A DNA stretch of 64,000 nt from Bryobacterales bacterium (GCA_963422375.2 OY729428.2:1952001-2016000); one strand, 5' to 3'; shown: positions 1-10,710, numbered from the stretch's first letter. Numbers and translations: made by a program. The notes: generated by a model from the sequence alone, not told the origin.

Positions 1-465
1 CTGCTCGTCCGCAGCGATGCGCTCCTTCGTGAGCTCTACTTCCTCGGCGACCTTGGCGGTCTCGATCTCCAAGTCTGCCTCGGCCTTGGCGACGCTTGCC
101 TCTAGGAACTCGGCCTGTTCCATCCTGTCAAGGATGTGCTCCTCGACCTCGTCGATCTTGTCCCGACAGAATTGGATCTCGTGCTGGAAGGCCCGGTACT
201 GCTCGTTCGTCTTGGCAGAGTTGATCTGCTCCAGAAGCTTCGAGATCTTCTGGTTGCAGTCCGAGACCTGCCCCTCCAGGCTCCTGTGCTCCTTGGCGTT
301 ATCGTCCAGCCGAGCGCGCTTCTGCGCCAATTCGTCCTTATGCGAGGCGAGCGTGGCTTCGATGCTGGCGATCTCCTTCGGCAGCCCGTCGATCTCGCGC
401 GTGAGCACGTCGATCCTTCGGTCCACTTCCTGGAGCTGCAGTGCGAGCGAGAGGTCGGAGCCCAT
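1..465 (-). CDS. C4-type zinc-ribbon domain coiled-coil protein (DUF164/CT398/HP0958 family), 3' end outside window
   Basis: Not in ORF track (runs off edge). Manual translation MGSDLSLALQLQEVDRRIDVLTREIDGLPKEI...KTNEQYRAFQHEI matches the family N-terminus; extended -10 TGCTAGAAT upstream on minus strand. Confidence 0.85.
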   Translation of the reverse strand, partial: MGSDLSLALQLQEVDRRIDVLTREIDGLPKEIASIEATLASHKDELAQKRARLDDNAKEHRSLEGQVSDCNQKISKLLEQINSAKTNEQYRAFQHEIQFCRDKIDEVEEHILDRMEQAEFLEASVAKAEADLEIETAKVAEEVELTKERIAADEQ

Positions 466-916
466 CGATGCCGGAACCCGTCAGGCCGATTCTAGCACGC
501 TCGGACAGGCTGGCGGGGTTGCTCTCGCCCGGTTCCAAACAGAGGCTTGCATGGTCCGGTCCGCACGCCGGCCGGCAGAGCGGGAGGCATGCCTGATCTC
601 GGCCCCAGCCGCCTCATTGGACGGTCAGCTGGCGGTGCCCTAGCTGTCAGGCTGCGAGGCGTGACGCGGGTTCAGACTCGGCGAGACGCCTCGAGCTACG
701 GCTAGGCCCGATTCGTCAGGGAATCTGCGGTCCACCGACTTCCGCCCCGCTGCATGGATCACGAGCCGTGCCGTCGCAGGAGTCTCGGTAAGGGGCCAAG
801 AGGAACTCATTGACGCTTGGCTGCCCGGATCAGCGCGCCAAGGTAGCCCCCTGCCCTAAGCCGGCGAATCGGGAGAATACTTGCAGGCAAGCCAAGGCAA
901 CCGCACACCATCGACC

Positions 917-1348
917 ATGGCGACTCGGATCATTCGTCCCGCGCCCATTCTCTTGGGAGGCTTGATCGCTGGCTCGCCCTAGAGGCAGTTGGTTCCGACC
1001 CAGCCTTCCGAGACGGGCGCTTGGGAGATGGTGAGCCAGAAGGTAGCAGGCGTTAGCGGAACTGAAGGCGCTCCTTCGACCGCGCCGGAGGGGACGCCCG
1101 GCAAAGGCGTGTTCGGCGACCTCTTCCTGTACAACAAGAAGACGGGAAAGATCTACCGAGTCTGGCAGACTGTTCCAATTCGATTCCAGAAACAGGCTCA
1201 CATTTCCCGAGATCGAGGGGTGGAGAGAGGCCCGGTCCAGCCGAAATTCCTTGCACAAATTGCACGGTCGTCTCCGAGCGTTCGCACCGTCCAATCGAAA
1301 TCTCGTGGTTTTCTGCTACACGCGCCTGCATGGAGGACAGGACTCTGA
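917..1348 (+). pseudogene. Small putative secreted protein with in-frame TAG at 980-982
   Basis: ATG917 MATRIIRPAPILLGGLIAGSP*RQLVPTQPSETGAWEMV...GDLFLYNKKTGKIYRVW in one frame; hydrophobic N-terminus and coding-like body. Confidence 0.45.
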
Positions 1349-1856
1349 AGTCACGCTTGACGCACCGAGAAAATTCACAAGCAATTCCCGAGATCGGCGG
1401 AACGACGCCCGTCTCGCTTGCTCTTTCGCGGTTCCGAGGCGGGCCCACTCGGCTGGAGCCCTCATCCTAGCCGTCGAACTAGCCGTCGAACGGTCACGGC
1501 CGGGCCGAGAGCCCGTTCCGGGGCTACTGGACGGGGTGTCACGCGCCTCAACGACGGCGAAACCGGTCCGTTCCGTTCCCAGCCAAGGCCGCTTGCGCCT
1601 GCCGGGATTTTCCGGTCTTTCGGAGCCGTCTCATATCGCGGTATCGCCAGTGAGACGACGACGGGGCGTCTGAGGCTGGAAGGACTGCACGGCGGCGCTC
1701 CATGTAGAATCGGACGATTTTCCAAGCCTGTAGATCCCGATTCCCCAGTCAAGCGATAGCCCCAACGTGAATTGGCAAGCGCTTTCCCACCTCGCAGACG
1801 TCTCCGTCGGAGGACTTGGATCTATTTCTAGACGTGCCGACCAGTATCGGCCCTAA

Positions 1857-2876
1857 TCAATCGCCGGCCCTGGGCTGCATGGAGTACCGGGACAATGTTC
1901 TGATTCCAGTTCCGGCAACCGAAAGCACTCCCGGCAGCACCTTGGCTGCGAGCGGCAGCTGGCCGATGGCCTCTCCGTCTACTTCGGCTAGGACGGGGTC
2001 ATCGGATGTCGCCTCAACGGCCCGTACCCGGTAATGGCGGCACTTGGGGTGCGAGTAGATCTTTCCTGAGTAGAGAAGCGGAATCGACCTGAGGAAGCTC
2101 GGAATGCTCGTCTGCTCGATCACAGTGACGTCGATGTGACCCGAGTCGAGTTCCGCTAGCGGGCACATGTTCATGCCGCCACCTTGGTGCGAACCGTTGC
2201 CGATGGCTACCTGAAGCACTCGAACATGCCTGCCGGGAACCTCCCCGTCCAAGTTCAGGCGAACCTGCGTGGGGCGGAAGCGGAAGAATGTCACTGCCGT
2301 CGCCCACAGGAACGCTGCACGCCCGTCGACTGCCGTCAGGAAGTTGCTCTTCGCAGCGAGGCTGACGACTCCGCCCATGCCGAAGCTTGTGACATTCGCG
2401 AAGCACCGTTCGACCGTCGCGCCGTCAGGACCTGCCAAGCGAACCTGGCAGGCATCGAACTTGCGCAGTGGATTCGAGGCGATAGCCTTGACCGCCTCTT
2501 GAGGGGAAGCCGGGATCCTCGCCGAAATCTTGAAGTCCCCGCCCGTCCCCAGCGGGCACAGGCCGAGGGATGCGTTCGGATTGATCGGGCTTCCCCGGCT
2601 GAGATAGCCGTTAACGACCTCGTTGAACGTGCCGTCGCCGCCGACGGCGACCACTAGCTCGGCTCCGTTCCGAATCGCTTCGCGGGCCAGCGCGGTAGCG
2701 TGATTGGGGGCCTCGGTGAACCGGACGTCCACCGGCCCTAGGACCGCTTCGAAGATCGGACGCAAGCCTGGCCAGCGACGCCCGGCCCTTCCGCTCGCGG
2801 CCCGCGGGTTCAGAATCGCGCAGGGCCTACCGAACCGGCGGCCGCCGACGGGCCGACCTATTGCGGCGCTGTCCAT
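1857..2876 (-). CDS. Diacylglycerol/lipid kinase family protein (YegS/DagK-like)
   Basis: ILNP..SG, VGGDGTFNEVVNG, PLGTGGDF, NG...GGG, DGE motifs; start set at MDSAAIG (2876). Confidence 0.9.
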   Translation of the reverse strand: MDSAAIGRPVGGRRFGRPCAILNPRAASGRAGRRWPGLRPIFEAVLGPVDVRFTEAPNHATALAREAIRNGAELVVAVGGDGTFNEVVNGYLSRGSPINPNASLGLCPLGTGGDFKISARIPASPQEAVKAIASNPLRKFDACQVRLAGPDGATVERCFANVTSFGMGGVVSLAAKSNFLTAVDGRAAFLWATAVTFFRFRPTQVRLNLDGEVPGRHVRVLQVAIGNGSHQGGGMNMCPLAELDSGHIDVTVIEQTSIPSFLRSIPLLYSGKIYSHPKCRHYRVRAVEATSDDPVLAEVDGEAIGQLPLAAKVLPGVLSVAGTGIRTLSRYSMQPRAGD

Positions 2877-3073
2877 CCGGGGCGGCCGCCGCACCGGAGG
2901 CAGCGTACGTTCGAGAAGATCTCGTCCCAGTCGCCGTCTTCGGCGACGTAGTCCAAGATGCATCGCAGGGCCTTGTCCCGGTTCCGCAAGCCGTACTGAC
3001 GCGCTGCTTCGTCCAGCATCTGGAGCAGGTCCGCCTGCATGTCGAAGGTGGTTTGTTGTTTGATGCCGGCCAT
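2858..3073 (-). CDS. Small hypothetical protein (71 aa), possible ribbon-helix-helix fold, C-terminal CxxC
   Basis: MAGIKQQTTFDMQADLLQMLDEAARQYGLRNRDKALRCILDY...RCLRCGG; AGGAG upstream; packed between two co-oriented genes. Confidence 0.7.
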   Translation of the reverse strand: MAGIKQQTTFDMQADLLQMLDEAARQYGLRNRDKALRCILDYVAEDGDWDEIFSNVRCLRCGGRPGWTAPQ

Positions 3074-3093
3074 TTCGGTTCTCGCAATCTCTC

Positions 3094-4083
3094 CTAAGCC
3101 ACGCCTGCCGACCTCAGAAATGCAACCGTGTCTCGCAGCGTCTCGTCGGCGGGTCTTGTCTCGAATCCCAGTTCCCGTTGCGCCTTCGCTGAATTGCAAT
3201 ACCAAAATAGCGAAGACATGCGGATCGTGGCGTCGTCCAGCTCAAAGGTCTTGCCCATGAGGGGGTAGAGCGCCCTCAGGGCCGACGCGCCCATGCGCGC
3301 GGCACGCTCGGGGAGCTGGAAGCGCGGTGCCGACACGCCGGCGACCCGCGCCGTCTGGGCGATCCATTCCCTAAAGGTCAGGTTCTCTCCGCCGAGCAAG
3401 TAGCGCTCGCCGACCGCGCCCTTTCGCATGGCCCCGACAAGGCCCGCCGCAGCGTCGCGCACGTCCACGAGGTTGAGGCCCCCTGAGGGGATCACCTTGA
3501 TTTGGCCCTTGAGGAAGAGACGGATGTCGTTTGTCGACGAAAAGCGGTCGTCGCCGCTCCCGAGGAGCAGGCTTGGGTTGACAATGACGACGGGAAGCTT
3601 GCGATGCTCGCAGTACCAGAGCGCCTGCTTCTCTTGGTAGATCTTGCTGAGGTAGTACGGCCACGGCTGCACCACCGCCTGCTTGAAGCCGGATTCCTCC
3701 GTGTGGATCACGGCCTCCCTGCTGACCGCAACCGTGCCTGAAGACGACACCACCACGCATCGCCGGGGCCCCGCGGACCGCATGGCCTCGCACAGGTTGC
3801 GGGTGCCGTCCACGTGGAGGCGGAAGGCCGTCCAAGGATCGCTCGGGGAGCGATCCACGTGGCCGGCGCAGTGGTACACCTCGTCGGCGCCGGCAAGCGC
3901 GGAATTGATATCGGACGGCCTCGTGATGTCGCCGCGCACGCTCTCGACGCGCCCGTCGCTGTCCCCGGCGAACGCGGACCTGGAGAAGGCCCGGACACGC
4001 AAGGTGGAATCCGACTCCAGCAGCAGCCGGACTAGGTGCTTGCCGAGAAAGCCGCTGGCACCGGTAACGAGAACCGTATGCAT
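3094..4083 (-). CDS. NAD-dependent epimerase/dehydratase (extended SDR, HpnA/dihydroflavonol-reductase-like)
   Basis: TGASGFLG Rossmann motif, YxxSK (YYLSK), VDVRDAA, GERYLLGG. Confidence 0.9.
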   Translation of the reverse strand: MHTVLVTGASGFLGKHLVRLLLESDSTLRVRAFSRSAFAGDSDGRVESVRGDITRPSDINSALAGADEVYHCAGHVDRSPSDPWTAFRLHVDGTRNLCEAMRSAGPRRCVVVSSSGTVAVSREAVIHTEESGFKQAVVQPWPYYLSKIYQEKQALWYCEHRKLPVVIVNPSLLLGSGDDRFSSTNDIRLFLKGQIKVIPSGGLNLVDVRDAAAGLVGAMRKGAVGERYLLGGENLTFREWIAQTARVAGVSAPRFQLPERAARMGASALRALYPLMGKTFELDDATIRMSSLFWYCNSAKAQRELGFETRPADETLRDTVAFLRSAGVA

Positions 4084-4110
4084 CCAACCGAACCGACTCC
4101 TAGCGGAATC

Positions 4111-4863
4111 TCAGCCGCCCGCCAGCTTCTTGAGTCCCTCGAATGTGAATTCCGGGGACCGGCAGTAGTCGATGATGCGATGCTCGCGCTCGAAAATGCG
4201 AGCTGCTGCATCGGGGATCTTAGCGGCCACGGAGATTGGCACCAAATGTACCCCGTGACGGTCGGCGTGGACCAGGTCTCCCGGCTTGACGGTAAGTCCA
4301 CCGACATTCACAGCCTTGCCGAACTCCACTTGGTGGACGTAGGCGTGGGAAACGACGACGTGACGGGCGTAGTAGTGAAAGCCTATCTCGCGAACTTCCT
4401 TGAGATCGCGGACTCCGCCGTTGGTCACGACGCCGAGGCACCCGAGCGCTTGGTGGATGCTGCCGTTCACCTCGCCCCAAAAGGACCCAACGCGCGCAGG
4501 ATCGTCCACATCCTCGATGACGACGACACGCGGCGGCGGAATGGAGACGATGAAATCCCACCAGTCCGTGCGTTGCACGTAGCTGGCCGACTGCGCGCGG
4601 GGCTCGTTGGCTTGGATCTGGCAGGTCACCGCGTATCCGGCGATCGACGGGAAGTCCGGGAAGACCGATCGGATCTCCGGGCTCATGAAGCCCTCGTTCC
4701 GCGACCTGACGTCGAAGGTCTCAATCGCGTTCGCGACTGTCGGCGTATCGAGTCGGGCGACGGCGAGCGAGAGCGGGGCCGCCGGGGTGGAAGCTGAGAC
4801 GGTAGCCGTCGCGACGGCAGCGACGGTAGCCGCAGACATCCCAACGAATCTCCTTCTCTCCAT
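4111..4863 (-). CDS. RraA family protein (HMG/CHA aldolase-like) with Tat-like signal
   Basis: TPTVANAIE, WGEVN, GVVTNGGVRD, PGDLVHADRHGV; N-terminus MERRRFVGMSAATVAAVA; GGGAGG RBS. Confidence 0.85.
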   Translation of the reverse strand: MERRRFVGMSAATVAAVATATVSASTPAAPLSLAVARLDTPTVANAIETFDVRSRNEGFMSPEIRSVFPDFPSIAGYAVTCQIQANEPRAQSASYVQRTDWWDFIVSIPPPRVVVIEDVDDPARVGSFWGEVNGSIHQALGCLGVVTNGGVRDLKEVREIGFHYYARHVVVSHAYVHQVEFGKAVNVGGLTVKPGDLVHADRHGVHLVPISVAAKIPDAAARIFEREHRIIDYCRSPEFTFEGLKKLAGG

Positions 4864-5640
4864 GCAATGGGCCTCCCTGCCCCACACCCGTATCACATGA
4901 GTCTACAACAGGGTGGCAGAGCTCGGCTGGACGCGTGCGTCTCGCAGCTTGGCTCGGCTCACGGCCGGCTGTCCGGAAGGGCAAGCCGGTGCCCGGGGTG
5001 CCGCCGGGCGCCGTGGGTCGCGACACGGGTCGGGCTCGAACCGCGCAAGCAGGGCTGCCGAGCGCCCGCATCCTGAAATCCACCCAAGTCGCGCCGGCGG
5101 AGGGAGTCCTAGTGAGCCTGTCAGCTCGATCCCCGCTGAACTTCACCGATCCTTGGATTCGACTGCCCGTAAAGTATTCCTATACAACGGGTCACAGAAA
5201 CTATGCGGGTGCGGGCGGCGCTACGAGGCTTTCGATCAGCCGCTTGCGGATCGGTAAACCCGACAGCTGCTGCCGGTGCATCGCAGGCTCCTCTCCCGCC
5301 GTCCGCGCGGCCGCTGTCGGCGGGCGCGTCTCTTAGCGGTTCCCGGTGATGCGAGCACCGAACCTCCGCGAGATCATTGGAAGGCCGGGCGACCTAGTCT
5401 TCGAGCCCCTCGCCTAGCACGTGAAGATCGCGTCAAGCCCGGACTCCGTCGACACCACGGCTAGCGCGGGTGCCGCGCCAACCTCCGGAACGCATCCTCG
5501 CATCATATCGCGACACGAACCCGGTGAGGCCCGAACGTCCGGCCTGCGTGAGATTGGGTCGGCTAGTGGAGATTGGAGATTGCTATACTTCGTGCGCCCG
5601 GGGAGCTCGGCTCTCGGGGCTCGTCAGGCAGGGAGGCTCC

Positions 5641-8600
5641 ATGCACCGCACTGTTTCAATGCTGGCCATTCTAGCTGCGCTCGCGGGCGGCATCGCTCGC
5701 GCGCAGTTCAGCGGTGGCGTCGAGGGCTTCGTGAAGGACGGGACGGGCGCTGTGATTCCCGGCGCCGATGTGCTGGTTACCGACGAGAATCTAGGCCTCG
5801 AGCGCGAGATCAGTTCCAACGAAACCGGATTCTTCCGGGTGGGTGAACTCCCGGCCGGCTCCTATGCCGTCAGCGTAGCCTCCCCTGGATTCGTCACCTG
5901 GTCCACGACCGGGCTGCCGGTGCGCAGCAACGAGACGCGGACGCTCTACCCGGAACTGCAGATCGGCGAGGTGACGACCTCGATCACGATTGAGGCGGAT
6001 ACGAGCGCGGTCAACACGACCGAGGTAGACAACACCAACTACATCGACGAGGAGTCGCTGAAGAACCAACCCCTGCCGCGCAACACGATTTGGCAGCTGT
6101 CGACCCTCGTTCCGGGCGTCACCGGGTCGGGCGAGACGAGCGCAACCAACGGTGCATTCGTCGACAACTATCAGGGAGAGATGGGATTGCGCATCAACGC
6201 CTCCGGGCAGCGGCAAGGCGCCAATCTCGTCATGCTGAACGGGAGCTACGCCGAGGTGCCGTCGCGGGACGGCACGTTCATGGTCAGCCCGATCCCGGAC
6301 TCGCTCCAGGAATTCCGTGTCGAGGCCCAGAACTTCTCGGCGGCGAAAGGCCGGTCGTCCGGCGCCTTCCTAGAACTGGTCACCAAGTCCGGGACCAACG
6401 AGCTGCACGGAACCATGGGCTACCTGTACACCAATAACAGCCTGACTGCTCGCACGATCGCCCAGGGTACGATCACGGACTTCGCCCAGAAGAACTTCTG
6501 GGCGACCGCGGGCGGGCCGATCAAGCGCAACCGGACATTCGTGTTCGGAGCCTTCGACTTCCTGCGAGCAAGCACCTCCACGACCACGGTTGGGGTCGCC
6601 GAGACGCCGGAGTTCCGAAACTACGTGACAACCAACTTTCCGCAGTCTACCGCTTCCAAGATATTCGCGCTTTCCCCTGCGATCGACCCGTCGAGCGACG
6701 TGATCACGGTGGGTGAACTCAAGCAGCGCAATCCCGGGCAGTTCGATGCCACGTCCACGATTCCGGATTCCCTCCCGGCCGTCGGCACGGTCAATGCAAA
6801 CGCCTCCGTGCCGCGACAGGGCGAGCAGTTCCAAGTTCGGGTGGACCATCACTTCGGCGCTAACGACCGGCTGTTCGGCTATTTCTACAAGTCCGACGGG
6901 AAAAGGCAGTTTGCCAGCCTGATCCGCCCCGCATACACGCGGTGGTCGCCGGTGCTCAACACGTGGACAAAGTTCGACTGGAATCACGTCTTCTCGGCGA
7001 CCTTCATGAACAGCATGGGCTTCCGCTACTCGAGGCAGACGGGCGAGCAGCAGGCCGCCCTGGGCGACGGTGCCGTGGACGTACCGAATATCGGCATCTC
7101 CGGGACGCAGGGATTCGGCGCCTGGGGACCGGGCGGATGGACGACGCCGACTTGGGAATGGCGCGACATGGCCACCCTGAACAAGGGCAAGCACACCCTG
7201 CAGTTCGGAGGCGAGTACGTCCGACCGGACGACACGGTTCCGTGGCGCAAGACGCTGACCCGGCCCACGTTCAGCTTCGCCAGCCTGCTCGACTTCGCGC
7301 AGGACAAGCCGACGTCGCAATTCGGACCCGCGGTCAACCTAGCGACCGGCGAGGTGGGCGGAGCGTATCTCAGCTACCACACGTCATTCACCGGCCTTTT
7401 CCTGCAAGACAACTGGCGCCTGCGGCCCGGCTTCTCGCTGAACCTCGGCATCCGGGTCGACAACTATGGCGAGGGCATCCGCTATACGGAGGCATCGGAC
7501 CAGGGCTGCTACCTGTTCGCGGGGCAGGGCTCGGACTCGATGGAGCGGATCGCGAACGGTTACGCCGAGTGCAGGCAGACCGCCACCGACAAGCTGCCCT
7601 GGCTGATCAGCCCGCGCATGGGGTTCGCCTGGGACGTGTTCAACAACGGTTCGCTGTCGGTCCGAGGCGGGTACGGCATGTACCGCGACCGAATCGCGCA
7701 GAACTGGTTCTCGACGCTCAACCTGCTCGGCCCGCCTGCCACGGCGACGCCCAGCTTGAGCGTGCTGCAAGGCGACGCGCTGACGTATGGTCTCGGGAAC
7801 TGGGGCGACCTCGACGCGCTCGCCCAGGACGCCGCCCCGGACATCTGGCCGAAGCCGAACGTGACCTACGAGCTGAACGAGAGGGGCGGCGTGCAGGGAC
7901 TGCGCTCTAGCATCCTGAGCGTCGACCAGAACATGAAGATCCCCACGGCGCACAGCTGGATGCTTAGCGTCCAGAAGCGTCTCGGGCCGGATTCCATGGC
8001 CGAGGTGAACTACACCGGTTCCGCGGACCACAACCTGACCGTCCACAGCGATATCAACCGCTTCGCGGGAGACCTGCTGGACGGGCGCCTGGACCGGCTC
8101 AATCCGTTCTTTGGCTCCGTGCAGCGCCGCTGGACGGGGGCCAACTCGAATGCGCACCTGCTCTCGCTGATGTTCCACAAGCGCCACACCCGAGGCCTCT
8201 CGATGCGCGCCGTTTACACCTATGCCAAGGTCTTGGACCACTTCAGCACGAGCGGCCTGCCGCAGGCGTCGGTCCCGTCCACTCCGGTCTTCGATGTCTG
8301 GAACCTGCGTGCGCAGCGCGGCCGGGCCGATTTCGACATCCGGCAGCGCCTGACGTTCGACGCGATGTGGGAGGTCCGCGTGGCCGAGGGCGCCATGGCT
8401 CCGGGCTTGCGGTCGATCATCAATGGCTGGCGTCTGGGCACTGTGGGCGTGATGCAGTCCGGCCTGCCCTTCTCGGTCCTGACGTCCGCTTCCTATCCCG
8501 CGGGCGACTTCAACGCCGACGGGCTCAACAGCGATCTCCCGAACGCCCCGGCGTTCGGCAATTCCGTCAGCGGCGCGTCACGGAGTGGCTACCTGACCGG

Positions 8601-8895
8601 GCTTTTCCGGGCGTCGGACTTTCCTGCGCCCTCCGGGGGCCAGCAGGGCAATCTGGGGCGGAACACGTTCTCGCACCCGGGCCTTTTCAACGTCAGCCTG
8701 TTGATCTCGCGGGAATTCGGATTGCCGGGCCTTTCCGAAGACACGATCCTGCAACTGAGGGGAGAGATATTCAATGTCATCAACCGGGCCAATCTCGACC
8801 GCGTCGTCAACAACATGACGAGCGGGCTGTTCGGCAGGGTCACGAATTCCATCGGCCCGCGCTCGGCGCAGATCGGATTGCGCCTGCAGTTCTGA
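5641..8895 (+). CDS. TonB-dependent receptor (carboxypeptidase-regulatory N-domain, Oar-like)
   Basis: Signal peptide, G.V.D.TGAVIPGA.V, TKSGTNELHG, FLQDNWRLRPGFSLNLGIR, C-terminal PRSAQIGLRLQF; GGGAGG RBS before ATG5641. Confidence 0.93.
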   Translation: MHRTVSMLAILAALAGGIARAQFSGGVEGFVKDGTGAVIPGADVLVTDENLGLEREISSNETGFFRVGELPAGSYAVSVASPGFVTWSTTGLPVRSNETRTLYPELQIGEVTTSITIEADTSAVNTTEVDNTNYIDEESLKNQPLPRNTIWQLSTLVPGVTGSGETSATNGAFVDNYQGEMGLRINASGQRQGANLVMLNGSYAEVPSRDGTFMVSPIPDSLQEFRVEAQNFSAAKGRSSGAFLELVTKSGTNELHGTMGYLYTNNSLTARTIAQGTITDFAQKNFWATAGGPIKRNRTFVFGAFDFLRASTSTTTVGVAETPEFRNYVTTNFPQSTASKIFALSPAIDPSSDVITVGELKQRNPGQFDATSTIPDSLPAVGTVNANASVPRQGEQFQVRVDHHFGANDRLFGYFYKSDGKRQFASLIRPAYTRWSPVLNTWTKFDWNHVFSATFMNSMGFRYSRQTGEQQAALGDGAVDVPNIGISGTQGFGAWGPGGWTTPTWEWRDMATLNKGKHTLQFGGEYVRPDDTVPWRKTLTRPTFSFASLLDFAQDKPTSQFGPAVNLATGEVGGAYLSYHTSFTGLFLQDNWRLRPGFSLNLGIRVDNYGEGIRYTEASDQGCYLFAGQGSDSMERIANGYAECRQTATDKLPWLISPRMGFAWDVFNNGSLSVRGGYGMYRDRIAQNWFSTLNLLGPPATATPSLSVLQGDALTYGLGNWGDLDALAQDAAPDIWPKPNVTYELNERGGVQGLRSSILSVDQNMKIPTAHSWMLSVQKRLGPDSMAEVNYTGSADHNLTVHSDINRFAGDLLDGRLDRLNPFFGSVQRRWTGANSNAHLLSLMFHKRHTRGLSMRAVYTYAKVLDHFSTSGLPQASVPSTPVFDVWNLRAQRGRADFDIRQRLTFDAMWEVRVAEGAMAPGLRSIINGWRLGTVGVMQSGLPFSVLTSASYPAGDFNADGLNSDLPNAPAFGNSVSGASRSGYLTGLFRASDFPAPSGGQQGNLGRNTFSHPGLFNVSLLISREFGLPGLSEDTILQLRGEIFNVINRANLDRVVNNMTSGLFGRVTNSIGPRSAQIGLRLQF

Positions 8896-8978
8896 GCGCG
8901 ACGCGGCGAATCCCGTGAAGGCCGTGCGCGCAGCCGACGCGGCTCCCGAGAGCGGTCGCAGCCTTGGCGGAAATCGTG

Positions 8979-10703
8979 ATGCGCCCTTCTAGGCGGGACT
9001 GGCTGGCCCTTCTCGCCCCGGCACTGGCGCGCGGGCAGGGCGTGGCGACCCGTAACGTGCGCCCGCGGCGCCGAGCCGCGGCATCTGGAAGGCCCTTCGC
9101 GGCGAACTTCGTGGACGTCGCTGCGGAAGCCGGCTTGCGCCATCCGACCGTCTACGGGCCCTTGGACCACAAGGACTACATCGTCGAGACCGTCGGCTGC
9201 GGCTGCGCCTTCCTCGATTACGACAACGACGGATGGATGGACCTGCTCGTCCTCAGCGGCTCACGTGTCGCCGGCGCGCCCCCGGGCACGAGCAGCCGGC
9301 TTTACCGGAACAATCGGGACGGCACGTTCACCGACGTAACCGAGGAAGCGGGGCTCCTGCGGGAGCTATGGGCCTCGGGCGTGACCGTCGGCGACTACGA
9401 CAACGACGGCTACGATGACATATTCATCACCGCCTTCGGGCAGAATGTCCTGTACCGCAATAACGGCGATGGCACGTTCACGGACGTCACCCGGGCAGCG
9501 GGCCTGATCGACGCTAGGCCGCGCTGGGGAGCGGGCTGCGCGTTCCTGGACTACGATCTCGACGGACACCTCGACCTGTTCGTGTCGAACTATTGCCATT
9601 TCGATTTCGACACGGCGCCCAAGCCCGGCACGGCTACTTGCAACTGGAAGGGCGTTCCCGTCCACTGCGGGCCGCGGGGCCTGCCCTTCTCCCGACACTC
9701 GCTGTACCGCAACAACGGCGACGGCACCTTCCAAGAGGTCAGCGAGCAGGCGGGAATCGCCCGGGCCCGGCCCGGCTACGGCATGACGGTCGCAGCCGCC
9801 GACTACGACAACGACGGCTGGCCCGACATCTACGTGGCATGCGATTCGACGCCCAGCCTGCTGTTCCGCAACCGGCGCGACGGGACGTTCGAGGAGATCG
9901 GCTTGGCCCGGGGCGTCGCATTGAACGAGGACGGCCAGGAGCAAGCCGGCATGGGCGTTGGCGTGGGAGACTTCACCTTGAGCGGCGATCTCGATATCTT
10001 CAAGACGCATTTCGCCGACGACACGAACATCCTCTACGTGAACGACGGCGCGGGCCGGTTCAAGGATCGCACGCTCGCGTCCGGGCTTGCCGTGGAAGTG
10101 CGCTACGTTTGCTGGGGCGCGGGGATCGTCGACCTCGACAACGACGGCTGGCCCGACATCTTCTACGCGACCGGCAACATCTATCCCGAAGTCGAATCGA
10201 GACTGCCCGGCTATCCCTTCAAGACGCCCAACGTCGTGTTCCGCAACCTCGGAGGCGGCCGTCTCGAGCAGTTGCATGACGAGGCGGGACCCGCGATGGC
10301 CACGGCGCATTCGAGCCGCGGCTGCGCCTTCGGCGACTTCGACAACGACGGCGACATTGACATCCTCGTAGTCAACCTCAACGAGCCGCCGTCGCTCCTG
10401 CGGAACGACATCGAGGGCGGCGGCAACTGGCTGAAAGCGAAGCTGATCGGGACGGTCTCGAACAGCAGCGCGATCGGAGCGAGAGTGATCTGCTCGTACG
10501 GCCCCCGCCGTCAAGTCCAAGAGGTGATGTCACAGTCGAGCTACTATTCGTGCAACGACCCGCGACTGCATTTCGGCCTAGGGGACCATGCGTCCGCCTC
10601 GTTGCGCATACGATGGCCCAGCGGAGTCTCGCAAGCCTTGGACGACCTGCCTGCCAACCAGATCGTCACGATACGCGAACCGAGTGAGCAGGACGAGGGC
10701 TAG
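8979..10703 (+). CDS. CRTAC1 family protein (FG-GAP/VCBS repeats plus ASPIC/UnbV domain)
   Basis: Repeated DYDNDGWxD motifs, LYRNNGDGTFTDVT, C-terminal RLHFGLG...IRWPSG; Tat-like SRRDWL. Confidence 0.92.
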   Translation: MRPSRRDWLALLAPALARGQGVATRNVRPRRRAAASGRPFAANFVDVAAEAGLRHPTVYGPLDHKDYIVETVGCGCAFLDYDNDGWMDLLVLSGSRVAGAPPGTSSRLYRNNRDGTFTDVTEEAGLLRELWASGVTVGDYDNDGYDDIFITAFGQNVLYRNNGDGTFTDVTRAAGLIDARPRWGAGCAFLDYDLDGHLDLFVSNYCHFDFDTAPKPGTATCNWKGVPVHCGPRGLPFSRHSLYRNNGDGTFQEVSEQAGIARARPGYGMTVAAADYDNDGWPDIYVACDSTPSLLFRNRRDGTFEEIGLARGVALNEDGQEQAGMGVGVGDFTLSGDLDIFKTHFADDTNILYVNDGAGRFKDRTLASGLAVEVRYVCWGAGIVDLDNDGWPDIFYATGNIYPEVESRLPGYPFKTPNVVFRNLGGGRLEQLHDEAGPAMATAHSSRGCAFGDFDNDGDIDILVVNLNEPPSLLRNDIEGGGNWLKAKLIGTVSNSSAIGARVICSYGPRRQVQEVMSQSSYYSCNDPRLHFGLGDHASASLRIRWPSGVSQALDDLPANQIVTIREPSEQDEG

Positions 10704-10710
10704 ACCGGCA

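Noticed and set aside
4900..5640. Cobalamin or TPP riboswitch upstream of the TBDR
   Set aside because: No B12-box or TPP core motifs found; only a short CCCGT/ACGGG inverted repeat near 5166-5191.
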